64,000 bases of DNA from an uncultured Acidimicrobiales bacterium (GTDB lineage Bacteria > Actinomycetota > Acidimicrobiia > Acidimicrobiales > UBA8190). Each line of letters opens with the position of its first letter. Positions within the stretch are counted from its first letter, which is position 1. The stretch covers positions 59,198 to 123,197 of the forward strand of contig CAVUBP010000001.1 in the NCBI GenBank assembly GCA_963739765.1, read 5' to 3'. The position numbers and the translations under genes are program-made. Under the pieces are notes generated by a model. That model saw nothing but the letters and a program-made list of their open reading frames with translations. It was not told the origin of the DNA and made no database searches. Shown here piece by piece: positions 55,746 to 64,000 of the stretch.

Positions 55746-55781
55746 GAGCAGCCGACCCGGCGAAGGGCAGCCGGGCTGCTC
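55746..55781. other. GC-rich stem-loop in the long spacer
   Basis: GAGCAG-CC-GA-CCCGGC, loop GAAGGGCA, then GCCGGG-CTGCTC. The outer 6-bp and inner 6-bp helices are both perfect. Confidence 0.5.
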
Positions 55782-56280
55782 AGGTCCATGAGGGACGGTC
55801 CGGCGAGCGCGGGGAATCACCTGCGTGCCCAGGGTGCAACCACCGGCCTGGGGCCCCGGCCCTGGCCAAGCCGCCACCCGATCCGGTGAGCTGTAGCTGC
55901 CACGCCGAATTTGTCCCCACCCCTGTCGGTGGTGGGCTCGCCGTCGGTCAAGGGCGCGTCGGGATTGTTTCTCCGCAACGCCGACGGGAAAGAACGTCCA
56001 CCGCAACGGCGGCGAGTGAAGGATCGAGAGCGGTGGGATTCGGGGCCGGTGACGTCGTGCTGTCGATCACGTGGCACCCCAGTGGCCTGGGGGGCCGGAT
56101 CGGTGTTGCTCGCGTCTCGCACCTCGACGGGCGCGACGACCGGCGCCACCTGGATAGACAGCAGGCCGAAGCGTTGGCCACCTCCTACTTCGGGCCGGCT
56201 CGGGCTGAGCGTGCGCTTCCCGGTCAGGGCGTGGAATGGACCGGTGGTCCCGAGCGCCCATGACCGTCGCCATAGGTGGA

Positions 56281-56304
56281 ATCACCCGGTGACAGCCGGG
56301 TGAT
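56281..56304. promoter_or_regulatory. Perfect 9-6-9 inverted repeat ATCACCCGG-TGACAG-CCGGGTGAT, about 100 nt upstream of the Big_2 gene
   Basis: The arms lie at 56281-56289 and 56296-56304. The half-site recurs as a direct copy, ATCACCCG at 56303-56310, and as GGAATCACC at 55813-55821 and 56278-56286. Confidence 0.4.
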
Positions 56305-56402
56305 CACCCGCTTTCTCGCCTGTCCACGCCCGGTCAACACTGAGACAGGTTCCACCGCAGGGACGCCCACCGTGGCGCCCTGGATGCGAGTGGGCCTGGG
56401 GG

Positions 56403-57779
56403 ATGGGGAGAATGGTGCGACGCCGCGTTCTACGGTTGACGGCACGTCTACTGCCACTGGCACTCGTTGTCGGGTTGTTCGGGGCGAGCGAGGCCGACTC
56501 GGCCGGGGCGCTGGGGCCGGCGATCCTCCTATCGATCACGGTGTCGCCGGCGGTGGCGTCGATCGCGCCAGGTGACACCCAGCAGTTCACCGCCACCGGC
56601 AACTACTCCGACCTCACGACGAAGGACCTCACCGACACGGTGACATGGTCGTCGTCGGTCTCGTCTGCCGCCACGGTCTCCAACACGCACGGCTCGCAGG
56701 GCGTTGCGACAGGTGTGGGCACCGGCGTCACCACCATCACCGCCAAGGACACCTCCGCCCTCCTGTCGGGCACCGCGGCGCTCACCGTGACACCCGTGAC
56801 GGTGCCGACTACCCTTCCGCCGGTCCCGACCACCCTTCCGCCGGTCCCGACCACCCTTCCGCCGGTCCCGACCACCCTGCCTTCGCTTCCCGCCGTCCTC
56901 GTCTCGATCACCGTCTCACCGCCGGTGGCCAACGTCGCCGTGGGTGCCGGCGAACAGTTCAGCGCCACGGGCACCTACTCCGACCTGAGCACGCAGGACC
57001 TCACCGATTCGGTGACGTGGGCCTCGTCCTCGTCGAGCACGGCCACGGTCTCGACCAAGGGCCTCGCCACCGGGGTCGCCGACGGGGTGGCGACGATCAC
57101 CGCCACCGATTCCGCCGCGCTGGTGTCGGGCACCGCCGCGCTCACCGTCACACCGCTGCCCCCTGTCCCCGCCGTCCTTGTCGCCGTCACCGTCTCACCG
57201 CCGGTGGCCAACGTCGCGGTGGGTGCCGGCGAACAGTTCAGCGCCACGGGCAACTACTCCGACCTGACCACGCAGGACCTCACCGATTCGGTGACGTGGT
57301 CATCCTCGTCGTCGAGCACGGCCACGGTCTCGAACACCCCGGGCTCCCAGGGCCTCGCCACCGGGGTCGCTGACGGGGTGGCAACGATCACTGCCACCGA
57401 CCCCGCCGCGCTCGTATCGGGCACCGCGGCGCTCACCGTGACACCCGTGACGGTCCCGGTGACGCCGCCACCGCCGGTGCCCCAGCTGGCGCTGTCGCCG
57501 TCCTCGGGCAAGAGGAAGTCACCGGTCATCGCCCGCGGTGCAGGGTTCACCCCGGGCGAGGCCGTCGTCATCACCTATCTCAGTGGGCTCAAGGCACACA
57601 AGCGGGCGAGCACCGTCCTGTGTCACACGACGGCCGCCGCCAACGGGACATTCAGCTGCGACGGCAAGATCCCGCGCCTGCGCATGTCCGGCAAACCGGG
57701 CAAACACACCATCGAGGCCACCGGGCCGGCGGGCGGGATGGGCACGTCGACCTTCAATCTCGTCCGCAAACGCGGCTAG
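56403..57779 (+). CDS. Secreted surface protein with three Big_2 (bacterial Ig-like group 2) domains, a PTTLPPV-repeat linker and a C-terminal Ig-like domain
   Basis: ATG 56403 (alternatives 56412 and 56415). The signal peptide is LLPLALVVGLFGASEA. The pattern ITVSP..G..QF(T/S)ATG.YSDL.T.DLTD.VTW.SS....ATVS...G.ATGV..G..TITA occurs three times. The 458-aa ORF is intact. Confidence 0.8.
   Translation: MGRMVRRRVLRLTARLLPLALVVGLFGASEADSAGALGPAILLSITVSPAVASIAPGDTQQFTATGNYSDLTTKDLTDTVTWSSSVSSAATVSNTHGSQGVATGVGTGVTTITAKDTSALLSGTAALTVTPVTVPTTLPPVPTTLPPVPTTLPPVPTTLPSLPAVLVSITVSPPVANVAVGAGEQFSATGTYSDLSTQDLTDSVTWASSSSSTATVSTKGLATGVADGVATITATDSAALVSGTAALTVTPLPPVPAVLVAVTVSPPVANVAVGAGEQFSATGNYSDLTTQDLTDSVTWSSSSSSTATVSNTPGSQGLATGVADGVATITATDPAALVSGTAALTVTPVTVPVTPPPPVPQLALSPSSGKRKSPVIARGAGFTPGEAVVITYLSGLKAHKRASTVLCHTTAAANGTFSCDGKIPRLRMSGKPGKHTIEATGPAGGMGTSTFNLVRKRG
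56805..56888. repeat. 21-bp in-frame tandem repeat x4 encoding (PTTLPPV)3 plus PTTLPSL
   Basis: The units lie at 56805-56825, 56826-46, 56847-67 (the last two identical) and 56868-88 (diverged). Confidence 0.9.
56892..57455. repeat. Intragenic tandem duplication with period about 279 bp (Big_2 domains 2 and 3)
   Basis: GTCTCACCGCCGGTGGCCAACGTCGC occurs at 56913 and 57192. The two copies are near-identical by eye, apart from scattered substitutions and a short indel (ACCAAG versus AACACCCCGGGCTCCCAG). Confidence 0.8.
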
Positions 57780-57818
57780 GCCGAAACGTTTCACCACCGA
57801 TCTCGGAAGGAGATTGTC

Positions 57819-58823
57819 ATGAATGCTCTTCGCGCCGGAGCCATCGGTCCTCGAGCGTCTCAGAGGACACGGCGCCGCACACAGAGCAGGGCACGGGGGT
57901 GGTCCGCGCGCGTCCTGGCGGGGTTGTGCATCGCCCTGGTGGCCTGTGCAGTGACGGTGGCAGAGGGCGGTTCGGCGCCGGCGAGCGCCGCGGCCGCCCC
58001 CTCGTGTGTGTTCACGGGGCCGGCCATCGGGCAGCTGGTCCTCGCCGTCTCCTACGGGGAGTCCATCAACATCAATTGCAAGAACTTCCCCGCCAACCAC
58101 CCGTACCTCCTGGTCGAAGCGAGTCTCCTTGTCGCCGTCGACCCCGCCGCCAAACCCTTGCTCGACGGACAGGCCACGTCGGTCCCGGGGCTCCTGGCCA
58201 TCATCGCCGCGCTTCCCGAGCTGAACCCGTTGTCGGTGGCCTTCCCCACGTCGAACTCGAGTGGGGTCCTGAATTACAACTACACCGTGCCGTCGTCGCA
58301 GCCCCCCGACCCCAATGCCACGTGCCCACCCACGACCATCGAGCTCAACTCCGGGCTGATCGGGTGCGCCGTGGCCATGATCGACCTCGAGAGCTTCAAG
58401 CCGGTGGTGGCCGGGACCATGGTGCTCACCTTCAAGGGGCAGGCCCTGTTCGCTACCAACCCCACCTTGTTCCTCACCCCCAATACCGCCACAGTGGGCC
58501 AGCACGTGGCCCTGAGTGACTTCCCGGGCGCCAAGACCTACTGGTGGCTGTCGACGTTGGTGTCGCTCGAAGCTGGTCTCTCGGGTGGTGGGGGCAGCGG
58601 ACCGATCCCCGTGGTCGTGAAGTCCGGAGGCCGGAAGGCGTTCTCGAAGGCGTCGGTGACGCCGGCCACCTACGACGGCACAACATTCACGCCACCAAAG
58701 TTGTCCGGCTACTTCATCGCCAAGGTGAGAGGCCGGCACGCGGTGAACGTCTTCCTCAACGCCAACCTGCTGGGGATCGGCCTGTCGAACTCCGCATCGG
58801 CAAAGATCAAGGTGTCCGGGTAA
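57819..58823 (+). CDS. Orphan secreted protein / putative lipoprotein, no family assigned
   Basis: ATG 57819 lies 7 nt after GGAAGGAG. The N-terminus is basic, followed by LAGLCIALVAC (lipobox-like LVAC). The mature part has four Cys (CVFTG, NINCKNF, NATCPPT, LIGCAVAM). The 334-aa ORF is intact, and GC is lower than in the flanks. Confidence 0.6.
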   Translation: MNALRAGAIGPRASQRTRRRTQSRARGWSARVLAGLCIALVACAVTVAEGGSAPASAAAAPSCVFTGPAIGQLVLAVSYGESININCKNFPANHPYLLVEASLLVAVDPAAKPLLDGQATSVPGLLAIIAALPELNPLSVAFPTSNSSGVLNYNYTVPSSQPPDPNATCPPTTIELNSGLIGCAVAMIDLESFKPVVAGTMVLTFKGQALFATNPTLFLTPNTATVGQHVALSDFPGAKTYWWLSTLVSLEAGLSGGGGSGPIPVVVKSGGRKAFSKASVTPATYDGTTFTPPKLSGYFIAKVRGRHAVNVFLNANLLGIGLSNSASAKIKVSG

Positions 58824-58828
58824 CGGAC

Positions 58829-58859
58829 CTGGCCGGTACCGGACTCAGGTGCCGGCCAG
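58829..58859. terminator. 12-bp stem hairpin between convergent genes (candidate terminator)
   Basis: CTGGCCGGTACC, loop GGACTCA, then GGTGCCGGCCAG (one G-U pair). It lies between stop 58823 (+) and stop 58845 (-). Confidence 0.4.
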
Positions 58860-59794
58860 CCGGGAGATCACCGGGGCGAGGGACTCCCAGCAGTCGCCCT
58901 CGATGGAGAAGTAGGAGATCCCGTACTCCTCGCGGCGCCATTGCAGCTCCTCGACCATCTCGTCGAGGGTGCCGATCAACGCCAGCGGCACGTGCAGGGC
59001 GTCGGACGGGTCGATGCCGAAGGTGGGGGCCATGGCATCGACGATCTTCTGGGCGTCGTCGGTGATGATGGCGAAACCGATCAGGCAGTTGAGCTCGATG
59101 TCGTCGAACCGCTTCCCGGCGGCGTCTTTCACCCACGCCACCTTCTGGCGGGTGGCCTCGGGCGAGGCGTTGGGAGCCGCTTCTGGACCTCCGGTCCCGG
59201 CCCGCAGGTCGACGTTGATGCTCACGATGTCGGCCCACTGCCCGGCGATGGTCGAGCACGCGCCGCCCGCCGCCTCCCAGGATGAGCGGGGGACGGGGAC
59301 GCTGCACCGGCCTCGGCCGCAGCGTGTGTTCGGTCACGGTGTAGTGCTTGCCCGAGAACGAGAAGGGCTCGTCCGACTCGAGCAGCCCGGCGATCACGGC
59401 CACGCCTTCGGCGAAGCGGTCGACTCGCACCGCCGGGGTGTCGTAGGCGATCCCGGACTCCTCGTAATCGCTACGCATCCAACCGGCGCCGAGCCCGAGC
59501 TCGAGCCGACCCTCCGACAGCAGGTCGAGCGTGGCGGCCTCTTTGGCCAGGACCAGGGGGTGCCGGTAGTCGTTGTCGAAGACGAGCGTGCCGATCCGCA
59601 ACGTCGGAGGTGGCATCGGCCGCAGCCATGAGGGCCGGCACGGGGGCCAGCTGGTCCCCGAAGTGGTCGGGAACGAGCAGCGTCGAATAGCCGAGGTCCT
59701 CGGCCTTCTTCGCCTGTTCGGCCCAGGACCGAGCCGTGTTCTGCGGGGCTTTGGAGAGCTGGGCGGCGAAGCGGAACTTCCGGGGGTGGGTCAT
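58845..59794 (-). pseudogene. LLM-class F420-dependent oxidoreductase; three frameshifts
   Basis: ATG 59794 opens MTHPRKFRFAAQLSKAPQNTARSWAEQAKKAEDLGYSTLLVPDHF. Further blocks are LRIGTLVFDNDYRHPLVLAKEAATLDLLSEGRLELGLGAGW and the C-part ORF 58845-59225. Confidence 0.75.
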
Positions 59795-59800
59795 CACGCC

Positions 59801-60311
59801 TCATTCGTAGTAGCCGGAGTGGATGTAGATGCAGGGGATGCCTTCGCTGTGGAACATGTCGCGGTTCCGGGGATCGTCCTCGAAGGCGAGCCTCGGCTCG
59901 AAGCCCAAAGCCCGGAGCTCGGCCACCGACGCGCGTTTGAAGCGCGACGCCTGCGCGTAGTCGCCCCGATCTCGCATGACGAGCACGTCCCAGCGCAGTC
60001 GGTTGTGCGCGAGCCACGCCAGGGTCTGGGGCTGCACGCGCAAGGGGCGACCTGTGAGCAGGACGATGCGCAGCTCGGGGTCGAGCAGCTCGAGGAGGCG
60101 CGCCACCTCGACCGACGAGAGGGTCCTCCCCGCACGCATCGAAGAACGCGTCCCAGTCGCGTCGACCCCATTCGAGGAAGTGTTGGCGTCCCGCCGCGTC
60201 GGAGAGGACGCCGTCGATGTCGAAGATGACCGCCGGCCCGGGCGGAGAGGCCGCGACCCGCCAACGCCAATTGGGAGGGACCGCGGAGGACACCGGGGCC
60301 CTTTCTGTCAC
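59801..60311 (-). pseudogene. HAD-superfamily phosphatase-like protein; one frameshift
   Basis: GTG 60311. The DxDG motif is VIFDIDGVLSDAAGRQHF. The C-part, ORF 59801-60139, reads IVLLTGRPLRVQPQTLAWLAHNRLRWDVLVMRDRGDYAQASRFK..AFEDDPRN. The shift is near 60140. Confidence 0.6.
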
Positions 60312-60336
60312 GTCCGCACCTGCGGTCGGCTCGGGC

Positions 60337-62313
<1,977 letters not shown>

Positions 62314-62470
62314 GCTTGGCGATCCCCCTCTGCACGAGACGGCGGCAACGGCGCCGCACCGCCCGGGCCGAGCCTATACAAGCGGCTCACCAGCCAACCC
62401 TCCTCGCAACCGGTGCCCGACGGCGCCGGCCGGGGCCTGCCAGAGCCGCGGCCTGTCAAGATGGCAGGGC

Positions 62471-64000
62471 ATGGCCGACGGCGCCTCTGAGGCTCCCACC
62501 CGTAGTGCCCGTTCCCCAGACCGGCCCCGGGCCCGACATCCTGACCGTCTCCGTCGAGGTGGGGCGGCGGGCCCTGATCGTCGCCAACCTCGGGCTCGAA
62601 CCACAGGCCACTGCGGCCACGACCTGGGCCTCGTCGGGACTGGCCCGTGCCCTCGACACCTGGGAGGGGCCCGGGCTCGTCGTGGTCGCCGGCAACCTCC
62701 TCGACCTCACCGGGGAGCCCGACGCGCCGGCAGCCACCTCCTCGGCACTGGCCGCCCATCCCCGGCTGGCCCGGGCCCTTCAGACCTTCGCCGGAGCTGA
62801 CGACCGCCGGGTCATCTCCATCCCCGGCGCGACCGACGCCGACCGTCGGCTCCGACGCCGTGCGGCGTCCTCGAGGCCCTGGGGGTCGAGGTCGCCGGTG
62901 CCACCGAACTGCACATGGCCACCGCGGCAGGGACCCGGGTCGTGCGCGTCGACGCCGGCGTGCGGTCTGCGGCGACACCCACACCCGCGCCCGCCGGGGA
63001 CCCCGGGAGCGACGCGGGCGTGCCAGCCGCGCCACGGGCGGACACGCCGGTGGTGCCGCGGTCCAAGCGCAGCACCTTCACACTGGCCCCCGACCCCGCG
63101 GCGGAGTGGCAGGACGGCCTCGAGACGCCTGGCCGACCCGGCGAGCACGCCGCGCTTTTTGACCTCGCGCCTTCTCTACCGACGCTTCGCCCGGTTCGCG
63201 TGGTGGTTGCTCGTTCCCTTCGCCATCGCCATCTCCCTGCGACTCCCGTTCGTCTCCTCCGCGCTCGACCATCTCGTCTTCGGGCAACCCGCACCGTCGC
63301 GAGCCATCCAGCGTGCCCACGAGGCTCCGTGGGGGGCACGCCTCCTGTTCGCCGCCCTGGTGTGCATCGCCGAGCTCGTCATCCTCGCCGTGGCGTTGGG
63401 CTTCGTGGCCCGCAAAGCGTGGCGGACCCTCGGCGGTGGGGACCTCGACGGGCCCTTCGACGACACGTTGGCGGCGGCCGGCGCCACCGCCAACGACGAC
63501 GGTCCGCGACGCGGCCCGGGCCCTGTGCGGCCAGGGCTACGCCGGGCTCGTCAGCGGGACCACGCTCCAGGCCGAGCTGACCCATCTCGGCCCCGGGTTC
63601 TTCGCCTGCTCCGGGCGCCGCGGGCGAGGTCGTCGAGGAGCATCACGGACGACTGGGCCTGCTCCCGGTCTTCCTGGCGTGCCAACAGCTGGCCTGGGTG
63701 GAGCTCGAGACCGGCGCCGAGCTCCACGCCCGCTTGTTGCTCACGAGGTCGGAGCTCCCGGGCGCGACACTGCTCGAGCGCGTGGCGGCGCGCGATCGCA
63801 AGGTCCACGACACCCACCCCCTGGTCGTCGCCGCCTATCCCCACGGGGCTTCGTGGCCACCGGCACCGGACCTCGGCGCGGTCCGTAACCGCTCGCGCCG
63901 GGTCCGGCGATGGGCGGCGGGAGCGATCGCCGTGGCCGGGATCGTCGACGTGCTCACCGCGGTCACACCACCCCTGCGGGGCCGCCTGCACCTGGTGCTC
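62471..64000 (+). pseudogene. Metallophosphoesterase-like N-domain fused to a polytopic membrane region; frameshifted; 3' end outside the window
   Basis: ATG 62471. The blocks DILTVSVEVGRRALIVANLGL..GLVVVAGNLLDL, ELHMATAAGTRVVRVDAG, FARFAWWLLVPFAIAISLRLPF, LLFAALVCIAELVILAVALGFV and GYAGLVSGTTLQAELTHLGPGFFACSG lie in several frames. Confidence 0.5.

Noticed and set aside
55672-56402. A c-di-GMP (GEMM) or ydaO-type riboswitch in the long spacer.
   Set aside because: Strings such as GGGACGCC and GGGGAATCACC only loosely resemble conserved cores, and I could not build the required helices by eye. This needs a covariance-model scan, so it is not claimed.
56603-57574. Three consecutive - strand ORFs, two beginning MPVALNCSPAPTATLATGGETV and the first with a related start (MPVAVNCWVSPG).
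   Set aside because: They are mirror images of the repeated Big_2 domains on the + strand. Their repetition reflects the duplication, not independent genes.
50040-58860. A prophage, integrative element or IS-bounded island.
   Set aside because: No integrase, transposase, tRNA attachment site or flanking direct repeats were detected by eye. Only the compositional shift and accessory gene content support foreign origin.

Overview
High-GC (about 70% by spot counts) Actinomycetota-type chromosomal segment with about 58 protein-coding loci. I recognised no rRNA, tRNA, CRISPR array, transposase or integrase. The core content is respiratory and haem genes in the classic actinobacterial layout: ctaC-ctaD-ctaF on the + strand, ctaE-qcrC-qcrA-qcrB on the - strand, and hemE-hemH-hemY-lnt. 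Around these sit lipid and acyl-CoA genes (two paralogous acyl-CoA dehydrogenases, two crotonases, a thiolase-like gene, acs), glycosidases (GH12, GH31, GH1), helD, tatA, a SulP/STAS permease and assorted hydrolases. Three things stand out. (1) About three quarters of the genes, including essential ones such as ctaD, qcrA and hemE, are broken by 1-nt frame changes as written. Four junctions I resolved by hand each carry one extra base in a G/C run, so I read this mainly as indel error rather than true pseudogenisation; these loci are typed 'pseudogene' only in the literal sense. (2) Bases 1-3795 hold an intact, tightly packed module: a GT2 processive synthase, a free-standing PilZ protein, an S26 signal-peptidase homologue lacking both catalytic residues, and a GH12 lipoprotein. 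This does not match any exopolysaccharide operon layout I know. (3) Bases ~50.1-58.8 kb form a lower-GC accessory block. It contains a Tat-type beta-helix lipoprotein, a Cys-rich small protein, a histidine kinase with two response regulators, a 730-bp structured non-coding spacer, a three-domain Big_2 surface protein with a recent internal duplication, and an orphan lipoprotein. All coordinates of frame changes are hand-derived and approximate.
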